A stretch of DNA of 64,000 bases, taken from NCBI GenBank assembly GCA_051362555.1, contig CM120645.1, positions 5,890,001-5,954,000 of the forward strand. The letters run 5' to 3'. Positions 25,090 to 39,506 of the stretch are shown one piece after another. Made by a program: the position numbers and the translations under genes. Within the stretch, counting starts at the first letter, position 1. Every line of letters begins with the position of its first letter. The stretch is from Lingula anatina. Its lineage: Eukaryota > Animalia > Brachiopoda. The notes beneath the pieces are model-generated. The model searched no databases. It was not told the DNA's origin and worked only from the letters and a program-made list of their open reading frames with translations.

Positions 25090-27079
25090 ATGACTGTCCA
25101 AAGAAGTGTCAAATTGTTACTTGTGATTACACTGGTTGGAATTATTCAAATAGGTTGGTAATATTGGTTTATATCAGATGGATGGAACATGTATCAAGTA
25201 TTCTTTTTAAATAATTCTTCCCATCATCCACTGTGATTTAACTAAATTACACAAGCCTTTAGACTACTATCTGTAATTAGCATTGCATGAAGATTTTTAC
25301 TCAAACGCACCTGTAACATCAATGAGGCGACAATAATTATAGCAATGTACGGTGTACCATGAAAATCTGACTCACCTAAATGTGTATCCCCAGTCAGATT
25401 TTTATCAAAAAAGTCAAACTTTCATAATGAATATGTGACTCCCCCCGTGAAATTTTGACTCACCCCCCCCCCCCCATAAACATTATAAATCTTATTTTAT
25501 TTGAGCATATGACTTTTCTCTTGTAGTATGCATAATGGAGGATACTTTGACACTTTTGTTAGTCTGCCAGTGAAAATTTTCATGAGAAAATAAGAAAATT
25601 AAAAATGTGTATTTTACCACCCAATGACTCCCCAATTAAAAAGCTATTTATTTGATATTTGTTTATCATTTCAACATCTTTCCTTTTAGTATAATTTATG
25701 AAGAATATATTGAAAATATTTGAAAGTTTGATGGTAAAATACTGCTCTTGGTCTTTTTCCTTTATAACACACGCTGTTTTCTCCATCTGCTATTATTCTT
25801 CCTACATTCCTGTCCTTTTATCATATTAACATATTGGTACATACTAACGTCTAACCACAAATAATTTGGGAATTTTAAGAAACTTTTATAAACTTTTGTA
25901 AACGTCTTAATTATACCCGAGCTGCTCCAGAAGACGTGTCGGACATATACGTTTAAGCTGATTCAAATGACTGCACTTTGAGAGAATTCCCCGCAGGTTT
26001 GGACCGATCCACTTAGCACGATGGGTCCACCTGAATGCGGTCTTGTGTATTTTGGCTTCGTCAGTGCCAAACTGTTTTTTTTTTTTTTTCAAATATGCCG
26101 AACGGTTTTGTATGTTAATTAAGCAGGTTCCTTTCGAAAATCAGCATGATCTACATGTAATTAAATTTATTTATTTATCTTCTTATTAATCTAACTATTT
26201 ATTTATATTTGAATAATGTATGTTGTTGCAAAATTTTTGCTGTTCAATGTCTGTATATTGTCTGTATGTCTGTATGTCTGTATGTCAGTTTTTGCTGTGT
26301 AGTTAATTTTCTTTGCTAAACATTGTGTGTGGATTCTTCAAACATTCCTGTTTTGCTTTTACCAAATCAGTGCTTTGCTTGACTGTCCCTTTTTTAGAGA
26401 GATTCATGCTTCCTCTATACTTGGAAAGGTACAATAGAACGCATCATACCATATCAATTATCACATAACTGAGTAAATTTCCATGATGTGATTGGTCGAG
26501 GACCATCCAGCCTTGTTAAAATTACTGGCAATTTAATATGACACGATATCCTTTATTATTACCACGGCCAGTAAACAGTATGTAAGTTACGTCAACATCT
26601 TTTGGGTGTTTCATTGCCAATCCATTCTTACCGCTACAGTCTCATTCACTTAACGCTACTTCATTGTGCAATCTTTCCATACAAATTAATAAGGTCACAT
26701 GTGTATGACACATCTTTCAACGCCAGCATAACGGGAGAATAAATTAGAATGTAATATGAATTGCTAAGTTGTTGAAAAATAAATACGAGTAAGTGAAATA
26801 GAAAATAGAAAGTTTTGAACCGTTTATTCACAGAGCATATTTTTTGTCACTCACGGTATGACTTAAGGCTTTTATATTGCAGTGAGGGGAGGTGAATACT
26901 GCTGCCCATATTTAACGTCATCTGGGAACTACACCAGAACGTTCTACTGTTCAGATTACTGCTGCGGTACATCTACCAATAGATATTGCTGCAATTCAAT
27001 TAGCAGGAGACACTACTGGAGTTACTCTGACAGTGCGCTGTGTCCTTCCCCGACAGAAGGTATTTGCATTTGTCTCTGA
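25090..27079 (+). pseudogene. 3'-truncated Shisa-like gene (signal exon 25090-25153 + one Cys-rich exon from 26883); pseudogene or 86-aa secreted form
   Basis: MTVQRSVKLLLVITLVGIIQI + VRGGEYCCPYLTSSGNY.., close to exons 1-2 of the gene at 58245. The downstream exons are replaced by the next duplication unit. Confidence 0.7.
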
Positions 27080-28441
27080 ATTTCCAAAGTTCAAGTGGTT
27101 ACATTACATGCACATCTATAGGCTGATACTACAGGTATTAATAAAATTTTAATAAGTGGTATGGTTACCGTATGCAATGCATGGGACTGGGTCAAACTGT
27201 TTAAAATATTTAAAATATAGAGGACATAGCAGACATTAGAGGGGGGGGGGGGGAGGGGGGGCACAATCTACCAAACCAAACATATGTATAATTTTTTAGT
27301 TCAATGCCACATGTCCAGTCAGAAATATAAAGAAAAAGAATATTTGCAGATCTTTAGAGGATTTCTATAGTTTGTTATTTTTTGTATTTGTTTCATTTTA
27401 ATCATCCATACATTAGTACATTGTTTCTTTTTTTCTTAATAATAGCTAGTGACATGAAAAGAAAAAAAAAGGTATCCAGTGTGGCTAGTTGAAGGGGCTT
27501 CACGTCAGACCTTTTGTATTTTCTTTATGAGTACTTACTCCCCAGAAAATGGCTTTTGTAAATTATATTTACCATTTCAAAAATATGTATATATGAGTTA
27601 TCATAGAGAAAAGAAAATGCTGTAGATAATTGTTAAAGGCAGATGAAGATACAACTTTTAATTTCCAGTAAATGTGAACAGTGATCTTGTCACTGATGTA
27701 AACATGTTAATGACATAATTTTTTCTAATGAAACGCAAAAAAGAACTGTAAAAGACTGATAATTGTATTGTTGTAATAAAAAATGCAGATCACTTACAGA
27801 AGGCAACAGATGGGAATGGAATTTGAGTTCACTGTATGAAATAAAAGATCTGATGAAGAAATGTTAAGATAGGACTTTTTAAATGAAATTTTGAGGTTGA
27901 CATAACATAATAAGGGAAAAGCATAGAATATATTTCAGTCTATTCATTAAATTGTTTAATTAACTGGCTTTATCTAGGATTTCACTGGCTTGACTCCTTT
28001 TTAATACGAAAGATTGGTTTTTATCAAATTCAAAATATCTCGAACCTAAATGAGCATAATTTGCCATGATTATCCATGAAATATTGTCTTCTTTTTGCAA
28101 ACTTATATTCTATACTTTCAAACTTGAACACAAGGGTCAGTAAAAGAAAAAGAATATTCACAAATACTCAAGGTAGATTTAATAATCACAGATCAATAAA
28201 GTACATTATTTCAGCATTGAATGCCTTAGTTATCTAAAAAATGTCTGTTTAAAAGTGAATGAGATCATGAACAGCTGTATCTATTAATAAAAAAGGAACT
28301 TCGTGAGATTCTGGTCACATTTTCTGCACCATTGCTATGCATTAAATATTAAGGACAAAGTTCAAAACAGTTCTTGCACTATTTCTGAAATTATATCACT
28401 AATATGTCAAAGGTTCCACTGCCACTAGAGCACTGAGTTTT

Positions 28442-31400
28442 TTAAAACTTAACAAGCTCTGTTTTCTCCTGCCTGTGAGCATCCTCACCAGCCTCATTTG
28501 ATGAGAAAAGTAGGCAGTAACCATAAACACAAACTGCCTTCAAGGTTTGAAACACAAACAAGTCCTCTAGCAGTGCCACTCCTACCAGAGCAGCCCAGTT
28601 GTACACAGTGCTATCACTCAGCTCTCCGCCATACGCAATGGTGAGAAATACTGCCAAAGCCATGGAGACGCCCAGCAAAATGACTGCTGGATAGATCAAA
28701 ATGTGGGGCAACTTTCCGCTATCGTGTTTTCTGTTGACCATCATCTCCAGTGACTTCAGCTCAGTGTATGGCAGCTCATCTGACGGTTCTGGAACAGATT
28801 GTGGGGAAATGAATAAATGAATTCGGAAAGTATGTGAAAGTTTTACTTCAAATTGAAGCAGGCTAATATTACCTCCCATACGACCATAATCACTGCTATG
28901 ATTATAATGAGTAAGGGCAAGGAAGGTTATATTGAAACCAATGTTCTAAATATCTTCAAAATGTAAACTGTTTGGATACATATTCAAAAATGTATTATTT
29001 TTTATATGTTCATTCTTTTTAAAATTTAACTTTTTAAATTAACTGAACTGACGGACATGACACCAAACTGGACAATTACCTTCCCAAATATTAACAGCTA
29101 CAGTTTGTGGTGCAGTGGTGCAGTGCAGTGGCGTTCCTTCTTTAGCTGAATGTTTCAAAACATTATATAAACTAGAATAAATTACTTGAAGTTTGGAAGT
29201 CTGGCAAAACAAATCTTTGCAAAATTAATTAAAAAATATAAAGATATTAAAAACTTGAAACTGCTTTGAAATGTTCACAAAATGCCAACTAGTTGTTGGT
29301 GCTACAATATGTTTTGCCACCTGACAATTACCTTTCTCTACATCCACTGCCACATCATGCTCAGATGTCTGCTTTGGTAGCTCAGCATTGTATTTTGTCT
29401 GGTTGATGTCTGAAATAAGGTTATTCTAAAATTGTATAAAACAAATAAAGGAAAATGTGAGAACTTTTTTGTTTGAGCGTTACTACTCTATTCTTGAACA
29501 TAAATAAAGCAGCAGAAAATCAAATTAAAAAATGTTACATCTGTTTTACACACATAAAAAAAGGATTAAAAATACATCATCAGATAGACATTTCTACAGC
29601 ATAAAGGTAAACTTTTACATAAGTATATAATTACCTGGGTGGAGAAAACTTGGGTTAAAGTGAGCAATGAGACTGTAAAAAGGAGAAACATCTGCATTTC
29701 TGTAGCTGGAAGTCTTCCCATCATGGGATTTTGGGTGATCTGCCTGCATCTTCTTTTGCATCTTTGAGTTTAGCCTAGGGTTCTTAGGAGGAGCATAAGT
29801 GAAGAACTCAGAAGCAATGCAGTTGTTATTCTCCCTAGAGACTTCTGGCATCTGGAGTATGATGCTGCTAATGGACAGTGCACTGGAGCTGGGAGTGCTG
29901 TTGTAGCTGAGTGTTTTCTAAAATTTTGAAAATCATCCAATAATCGATTCTGCTGACTGGTAAATTCAGTCAAAATAAACCAAAGACAGAAACATTTACT
30001 CTGACAGTGACTTGATGTTGCGCTATAATACCACAATATTAATATAATGTCTTTTTATGTTCTTAGTATATGTGCATGTGCTTATCAAACCAAATATCAT
30101 AATGTCAAATGTTACAGAAATGATACAAGTGTCTGTTTTTAATTACAAGAAGGCAATACAAGTATATGTCTCAAAGGCAATCCACGATATCTGTACAGGC
30201 ACATACATGCATGCACAAACAAAAATTAGAAAGAAATAATTAATACCCCTTTCCTGCTGTCCATATCTCCCTCGGCAACCATATCTTCCTTGACAACCAA
30301 ATTTTCATTGGCAACCATTTCTTCAATCTGTGCCATAGCCTGGTGTTCAACAGTTGCACGTGCCAAATCATAGCCCTTCTCAAAGTCATAAGCCACCTGT
30401 TTCATCATGGTCTCCACACTTCCATGCACAACTTGTTGGAACCCATCACTGATTGTGCAACTGAAAAAATAAAGAAAGTGATTGATCTTTCTTCATTTTA
30501 ACCAAGAAATATTGTAAAGAATGAGTATTATTGGTAGAATAACACTCTGGCTACAATGAATAACTCCATTAATTAACACACTCAAAGCATGTATGTGTCA
30601 CTTTATAAAAGCAAAATAATATGAAAGCATTTCAACAGTAAAACACAAAATAAGACAGATTTATGATGAAAACAGGTTTTTAGTAGTCTTTAATGGGGTG
30701 GAGTCTAATACAAGTTGTCAGAATCAGACATCACTATGAGCAACACATGTGATCAACTCCCAAAGCTGAACACAAATTTAACTTTATTCCAACATATTTA
30801 TGAAATCAGGAGTCTTAAAAAAAAAGGCTCCTTACATGTCATCATACTGGGGCTCATCTTCCAGGCTCTGCAGCACAGTGGTGTCACCAGTGTCCTCTCT
30901 GTCATAGCACCTGATATTGTACATTGCTACATCATATATGCCATTCACAAGGAATGTTCCTATATTGACAAGGAGGCTGGAGAGGAAGATGCCTCTATCA
31001 AGCTGAATGACACCAACAGCACTGAGAAGGGTACTGGTAAGCAGCATGTTTGCAAACATGTAGTTCAAGGTGCTGTTAAACCACAGAAGGACAGGGGCCA
31101 ACTTCAAGCTGGAACAGCGTGTCCATCCATGACAGGACCACATATACAGAAGGCAAGTTTGCAGTCCAAACCTGAAAAATATTAAATTTATATAAAATAT
31201 CGAAGTACAGAAGTACATACATGAAAATTAAATACTACATGTACATTCCATGTTTAAGGAAACTTGTATACTGCATTAAGAAATCAGAATACATGTCATT
31301 ATTATTATTATTTTTTATATTCTATGTGTTGATAACTTGCAAAAACAGTCATTTCAAAGTACATTATATGCTTATTTATTAATTGTGAGAAAGTCTCCAA

Positions 31401-33534
31401 CTTTACCTGGAGTTCTTACATGACTCCAAAGTGGTGTATCCCACTGTGAGGCATCCATTGCTGCTGAAGTGAGATTCACAGCCAGATACTGTATCATATA
31501 CTGTTATGTCCAGCATATTCCTTCAATGAAAGAAAATTGCTGCTTTTAAATATCTGTACTGAGATGCTAGCTTACACTTTTTCCATTCTGAATATATTAA
31601 TATATCTAGATAACTTAACTCCATGAATATAGCTTTAACTAGGCACCCAAGGCATTCATAACACAAATCATATTTCAGAACATTGACAGAAATAATCTTC
31701 ATAATTTGCTTAACTTTTTTTTATAAATGTAGTACTATGATGTAGTGATGTTTGTGATGTTGCAGTTTGTTCTTTAAATTACCATTGAGCTCCTGGTCTT
31801 CCACTGATGTTCACCACAACATTCTTCAGTTTTCCCAGAGACTCTAAGTTTAAAATAATAACAAAAAAACATTTAGTATAATGTTAGCATGTTGTTTAGG
31901 AATAAAACAGGCATCAAATATGATAAAGTTGTAGTTTAATTGTAAAAGTAAATTTAGTTTAACAAAACAAGACCAACAGCGCCTTGTTTTACAAACCTAA
32001 AAGGATTCTTGCACCAACACTCTCAAAATATGCTTTACTTTATAATAAATAAGCAACATGCATGGAGCTCTGTAAACATAATACTATATGTAATAATAAT
32101 AATAATAATAATAGATCTATGTAATAAAGCTTCTAATAGAGATAAACAGTTAACTGTGACATGATGTTCTAGTAAAGAATGTACATGCTGAATTGATTGC
32201 AGTAAGTAAATGGTACTTAACTGCTAATAATATTGTTGAATCAATATTTGCAGGCAATGAAATCTATATGTGCTCCAAAAGTATTCAAGATGTTTACCTT
32301 TGGTATACAAAAGGAACCAGTTCTTCTGTCCTACCCCAAGGAAATTGTGCTTTTTCCCATGTTCATTCAGATTGTATTCAGGAGATACCCCCTGGTCTCC
32401 TTTCAACTGTAATCTGACTTTGGGCATCTTTCCTGCTATTTAAAACAACATACGCATTTCTATAGTTAGGAATAAATACAGTTAAGCAACGACTTCAATA
32501 ATAATATACAAAGGCAAGACTTGTCATTGGCCTATATCTCTTTTTCTATTTTTGTCATTTTTTCTATTATTGTTATCATCATTATCATTATCATTATTAT
32601 CATTATTATTATTATTATCTGAAGACACTTGTTTATCTGAAGAAACTAGTTTAAGCTTTTCAACAAGAATCAGAATCAATAACCTAGAAGATCTAAAATA
32701 ACATCACTCTTACCTCTTTTCAGCCCATTTTGAACTGCTACCATGTATCTATAGTGATGTTCACCAGAATATTTGGGAACAACAATGATACCACTCTGCT
32801 TTCTCTGAAATGATAATGACCATTATAATCATAAGGCAAAAGAAAATGAAATAAAGGAAATGAAAAGTATGTCAAAATAAAACAATGATGTTATGAAGTT
32901 GATAACAGTTGAAACAAAATAATTTTCAGTTCTTTGCCACAGTTGCTTATTTTATATTTTAAAAAAGTTAGTCTATTACAGAAATTCCTGAGAGAAAGCT
33001 ATACTTTCATATGCATGCAGGCCAAACTTATAGTTTTGTTTTAGTACCTTCTTCCACTTCAGCCATATAATAAAGCTCATGGTGACAAACATGAGTCCAG
33101 CAAAAGCATATATAAAGGCGTAAGTAAGTCTGTTGTTTTTCACAAACTTAGGAGGCATTTTCAAGGTATTAGCTAGCAAAGAAACGAAAGGATGGAGCTT
33201 AGAAAATGGAAAACAAGGAAGCAAATCAAGGGCAAGGAGAATTAATAAAAAGCGTGGTTATTTTTAATAAATAAGACTATTAAAAATAGTGAAAGTAGGG
33301 TCTAATAAAAATGAGGCTCAAACTAAACAAAACACAAAAAGTGGGATTTTGACTATCAAAATACATGAAATAGTGACAAACCAAATAAAAAAATCACAAT
33401 TTTTGCTAAAATGAATGGTAAAAAAAAAACAAAAGATGCAAAAGAGTTAAATATAATTTGATGATATTCTTACCTCCATGGAGAGGTTGCAGGAGTAGCA
33501 ACATCAACAGAACTTTGACCTTCAAGTTCCTCAT
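28442..33534 (-). CDS. Mini polycystin-1-like gene, copy 3 (apparently intact)
   Basis: All exons are present in frame. Copy-specific deletions are confined to introns (~29250, ~31535, ~32630). Confidence 0.78.
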
Positions 33535-33947
33535 AACGGCAAATTTCTTTTTATATGTTCTCCCTGTATCAAATAATACGAAGCCGTGTATGACAAACAC
33601 GTAAATTAAAACAGAAGTCGCGATTCAGCGAATAAACGAGAAATTATCGATATCTCAAAAACTTTGGACGGAGTTGACTTAAACTTCCGCCCAACATGCA
33701 AATCTCACAAATGTCTGTTGCTAATTGACGTCACAGACACAATCAACTCACGTGACCAATGTGCTGGGATGTGCGGTTGTGACATTTATACAGCTTTGAA
33801 TCGAAAAAAAAAGGCTCACTAGCCAAATATTGGGGCTTTAATAAATTATTTTAAAGAGGATAACTGTGGTCTATGTTATTTTTCGCATTTTGAATTTTAT
33901 GCATGTACTGGTAGTGCTACTAAAAGAAAAAACACAGCAAGGCTGGC

Positions 33948-35503
33948 ATGTATACAACTGAATAACTATCTAGCTCAAAACAGTCTATATGGCAAGTTTC
34001 AATCAGCTTATAGAGAAGGACATAGCACAGAAACAGCTCTCCTAAGGGTTCATAATGACATCATGCTTTCTTTAGACAAACAAAAAGATGTTATTTTAGT
34101 CCTTTTAGATCTGTCTGCTGCATTCGACACCATTGACCACAACATACTTCTGCACAGACTACAGTACCGATTTGGAGTAAAAGATTTAGCACTTAATTGG
34201 TTAACCTCATATCTAAAAGATCGAACACAAAAGGTGTCAATTGAGTCGTTGCTATCAGAGCCCACTATTTTAGAGTATGGTGTCCCTCAGGGGTCTGTGC
34301 TAGGTCCATTGCTCTTTTCATTGTATATGCTACCAGTAGAAGACATTATAGTTAAACATGGTCTCAACACTGTCATTTTTGCTGATGACACTCAAATTTA
34401 TGTCACAAGTGAAAGTAATCGCTCCATGGCTATCACCTCAATAGAAACTTGTCTAGTTGAGATCCGAAATTGGATGAAAACAAACATGCTAGCACTAAAT
34501 GATGGAAAAACAACTAATATGGTTTACATCAAGGTCTAAGCCAGACAGGGGAAATGCAATGAAATCTGATATTTGTATCGGTGGTGTCAACATCAATCCA
34601 TCTAGCTATGTGAAAGATTTAGGTGTCCCCTTTGATCAGTATGCAACTATGGATAGACGGATCTCTGAAATTTGCAAATCGGCATCATACTCACTTTGGC
34701 GAATTAGTAAGATACGTGACTTACTGGACAAAACTTCAACTGAAAAACTAGTCCATGCTTTCATTACTTCTAAGCTTGATTATTGCAACAGTCTCTTATA
34801 TGGTTTAGGCAAAAATCATCTGAACAAACTTCAATTAATTCAAAATTCTGCAGCTAGGCTGGTAACTAAAATGGGATGGAACAGCCGAGAGCATATAATA
34901 CCTGTTTTGATGGAACTTCACTGGCTTCCAGTAAGAGAGAGAATTTTATTTAAAATTTTATGTGTCATTTTTAAAGCAGTCACTGAGAATAAACCACTTT
35001 ATATCTCAGAACTTATGAAGCAACATCAGCATGGAAGAGTTACCAGGTCTTCAACTTTTAGTCATTTACTTTTAGAACACAGTGTCTTAGAGAAAAAAGC
35101 TGGTAAATTTTACGGTGAAAGGGCATTTATGATATATGCACCCAAAGTTTGGAACACCTTACCCTCTGAAATACGAGCAGCAGGTGACATTGATACTTTT
35201 AAAAAGCTTTTGAAAACTCATATTTTTAGAATAGCCTATCAGTAAATATCATATAGTTCATTTTAGTTTTTAATAAGGTGTACTGTAATTTTATGATTAA
35301 TTTTAAATGTTGTCACTTTAGGTTCTTATCATTTTAGAATATGAATAATTGGTTCTTTAAATTAGTTCTTAGTCCTTTAAAATTGTAATGTGTTCTTATA
35401 TTAGTATTGTGTTATTTAGCTCTTTTAAGTGAATGTTGTAAGGCGCATTGAGATTTTTAATGGAATGCGCCATAGAAAAATAAATTATTATTATTATTAT
35501 TAT
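33948..35503 (+). mobile_element. 5'-truncated L2/CR1-group LINE (RT and C-terminal region; frameshift near 34510)
   Basis: LLDLSAAFDTIDH, GVPQGSVLGPLLF, FADDTQIY, AFITSKLDYCNSLL, LHWLPVRERI; 3' stem-loop, AATAAA and (TTA)n tail. The empty site GGCTGGC|TACACTAAAGC is seen at ~10003. Confidence 0.93.
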
Positions 35504-36205
35504 TACACTAAAGCAGTAGCAGTAGTTATTAAACAGCTCCGCACTTGGGTCATATTTTATGGGTAGGCTAAGCCAACTTAGATTCCTTTGTCTGAAATAT
35601 AAAGCTGTTTATATTTCAGACAAAGAAATCTAAGTTGTGTAGCCTCCCCCCCCCCCTCCACAACATGAACATATTGCTTTGAGTGAACTGCTCATCTTTG
35701 CACGAAAAGAGACAAAAAATGACAAGACTCGTAGCCTCCTACTGTAGTAGACCTACCTTCCTCGGCCTAGGGCTACTTGAATTCGCTTTGGGAGCTTCCC
35801 CCTTCATTATTGAAGCTGGTTTCAATCATTTTTTTATTTTATAAGTGAGGGAAAATATCTGAGAAATTTCACCGAATATGGCCATTATATTTAAAACACT
35901 TTCAGGTCAGTAAATGGCCTAATGGAATGCAGGTAGTAACGTTATTTCTGTTACGTATGACCTCATATGAAAATGTATATACAAATGGTCCAATGGGGAG
36001 ATTAAAAATACAGGATGTTATTAATACCGGAGTGCATAACAGACCTTGGGTTTTTGAAGGTCCTTTCTAAACCCCGATCTGTACACAGTCAACAGGCTTG
36101 GTCTACGTACGTGCGTCAGCCCATCACTGGAAAGTATCAAAAGCAAAATACTGAACTCTACTAGAAGACGCTTCTGGATTATTGCCTGATCTCGATATCT
36201 ACAAC

Positions 36206-38151
36206 ATGGCTGTCCAAAGAAGTGTCAAATTGATACTTGTGATTACACTGATTGGAATTATTCAAATAGGTTGGTAATATTGGTTTATATCAGATGGATG
36301 GAACATGTATCAAGTATTCTTTTTAAATAATTCTTCCGATCATCCACTATGATTTAACAAAATTACACATGCCTTTATACTACTATCTGTTATTAGCATT
36401 GCATGAAGATATGTACTCAACAGCGCCTGTAACATCAATGAGGCGACAATAATTATAGCAAAAATCATGAAAATTTACTGCCGGTGTACCATGAAAATCT
36501 GACTCGCCTAAATGTGAATCCCCAGTCAGATTTTTATTAAAAAAGTCAAACTTTCATGATGAAAATGTGACTCCCCCCGTAAAATTTTGACTCCCCCCCT
36601 CCCATAAACTTTATAAATCTTATTTTATTTGAGCGTATGACTTTTATCTTGTAGTATGCATAATGGAGGATACATTGACACTTTTTGTTATTCTGCCGGT
36701 GAAAATTTTCATGAGAAAATAAAATTAAAAATGTGTATTTTACCACCCAATGACTCCCCGATGAAAAAGCTATTTATTTGATATTTGTTTATCATTTCAA
36801 CATCTTTCCTTTTAGTATACTTTATGAAGAATATATTTGAAATTTTTGAAAATTTGATGGTAAAATACTGCTCTTGGTCTTTTTCCTTTATAACACACGT
36901 TGTTTTCTCCATCTGCTATTATCCTTCCTACATTCCTGTCCTTTTATTCATATTAACATATTGGTACATACTAACCGCAAATAATTTGAAAAATTTTAAG
37001 AAACTTTTATAAACTTTTATAACTTTGTCTTAATAATACCCTAGCTGCTCCAGAAGGCGTGTCAGACATGTACGTTTAAGCTCATTCGAAACTGCACTTT
37101 GGGAGAATTCCCTGCAGGGTTGGACGATGGGTCCACCTGAATGCGGTCTTGTGTATTTTGGCGTCGACAGTGCCAAACAGCTTTTTTTTTTTCAAATATG
37201 CCCAACGGTTTTGTATGTTAATTAAGCAGGTTCCTTTCGAAAATCAGCATGATCTAATTAGATTTATTTATCTTTTTATTCATCTATTTATTTATTTATA
37301 TTTGAAAATGTTGTTGCAATATTTTTGCTGTTTAATGTCTGTATATTTTCAGTTTTTGCTGTGTAGTTAATTTTCTTTGCTATTGTGTGTGGATTCTTCA
37401 AAATTAATGTTTTGCTTTTACCAAATCAGTGCTTTGCTTGACTGTCCCTTTTTTAGAGAGATTCATACTTCCTCTATTCTTGGAAAGGCAGAATAGAATG
37501 CATCATAATGACCAATTATCAAGTCACAGAGTAGGCCTATTTGTCTGATGTGACTGGTCGAGGACCATCCAGCCCTGTTAAAATTACTTGCAATTTAATA
37601 TGACACGACATCCTTTATTATTATCACGGTCAGTCATCAGTATGTAAATATATTTTGGGTGTTTCATTGCCAATCCATTCTTACTGCTACAGTCTTATTC
37701 ACTTCACGGTACTACATTGTGCAATCTTTCCATACAAATTAATAAGGTCACATGTGTATGAAACATCTTTTAACGCCAGCATAACGGGAGAATAAATTAG
37801 ATTGTAATATGAATTGCTAAATTGTTGAAAAATAAATATGAGTAAGTGAAATAGAAAATAGAAAGTTTTGAACCGTTTATTCACAGAGCATTTTATTATT
37901 ATTATTTTTTTTTTTTTGTCCCTCACGGTATGACTTAAGGCTTTTATATTGCAGTGAGGGGAGGTGAATACTGCTGCCCATATTTAACGTCATCTGGGAA
38001 CTACACCAGAACGTTCTACTGTTCAGATTACTGCTGTGGTACATCTACCAATAGATATTGCTGCAATTCAATTAGCATGAGATACTACTGGAGTTACTCT
38101 GACAGTGCGCTGTGTCCTTCCCCGACAGAAGGTATTTGTATTTGTCTCTGA
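36206..38151 (+). pseudogene. 3'-truncated Shisa-like gene (signal exon 36206-36269 + one Cys-rich exon from 37955)
   Basis: MAVQRSVKLILVITLIGIIQI + VRGGEYCC..; same structure as 25090-27079. Confidence 0.7.
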
Positions 38152-39506
38152 ATTTCCAAAGTTCATGTGGTTACATTACATGCACATCTATAGGCTGGTA
38201 CTACAGGTATTAATAAATATTTAATAAGTGATATGGTTCCCGTATGCAATGCATGGGACTGGGTCAAACTGTTTAAAATATTTAAAATATAGCGGACATA
38301 GCAGACATTAGAGGGGGGGGTGGGGGGTGGGGGGGGGGGGCACAATCTACCAAACCAAACCTATGTATAATTTATAATTGAGTCAGAAATATAAAGAAAA
38401 AGAATATTTGCAGATCTTTAGAGGATTTCTATAGTTTGTTATTTTTTGTATTTGTTTCATTTTAATCATCCATACATTAGTACATTGTTTCTTTTTTTCT
38501 TAATAATAGCTAGTGACATGAAAAGAAAAAAAGGTATCCAGTGTGGCTAGTTGAAGGGGCTTCACGTCAGACCTTTTGTATTTTCTTTATGAGTACTTAC
38601 TCCCCAGAAAATGGCTTTTGTAAATTATATTTACCATTTCAAAAATATGTATATATGAGTTATCATAGAGAAAAGAAAATGCTGTAGATAATTGTTAAAG
38701 GCAGATGAAGATACAACTTTTAATTTCCAGTTAATGTGAACAGTGATCTTGTCACTGATGTAAACATGTTAATGACATAATTTTTTCTAATGAAACGCAA
38801 AAAAGAACTGTAAAAGACTGATAATTGTATTGTTGTAATAAAAAATGCAGTTCACTTACAGAGGGCAACAGATGGGAATGGATTTTGAGTTCACTGTATG
38901 AAATAAAAGATCTGATGAAGAAATGTTAAGATAGGACTTTTTAAATGAAATTTTGAGGTTGACATAACATAATAAGGGAAAAGCATAGAATATATTTCAG
39001 TCTATTCATTAAATTGTTTAATTAACTGGCTTTATCTAGGATTTCACTAGCTTGACTCCTTTTTTAATATGAAAGATTGGTTTTTATCAAATTCAAAATA
39101 TCTCGAACCTAAATGAGCATAATTTGCCATGATTATCCATGAAATATTGTCTTCTTTTTGCAAACTTATATTCTATACTTTCAAACTTGAACACAAGGGT
39201 CAGTAAAAGAAAAAGAATATTCACAAAATACTCAAGGTAGATTTAATTATCACAGATCAATAAAGTACATTATTTCAGCATTGAATGCCTTAGTTATCTA
39301 AAAAATGTCTGTTTAAAAGTGAATGAGATCATGAACAGCTGTATCTATTAATAAAAAAAGGAACTTCATGAGATTCTGGTCACATTTTCTGCACCATTGC
39401 TATGCATTAAATATTAAGGACAAAGTTCAAAACAGTTCTTGCACTATTTCTGAAATTATATCACTAATATGTCAAAGGTTCCACTGCCACTAGAGCACTG
39501 AGTTTT

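Noticed and set aside
27065-27079. C-terminal CICL as a CaaX prenylation motif
   Set aside because: The peptide would enter the secretory pathway, away from cytosolic prenyltransferases, and the motif derives from intron read-through.
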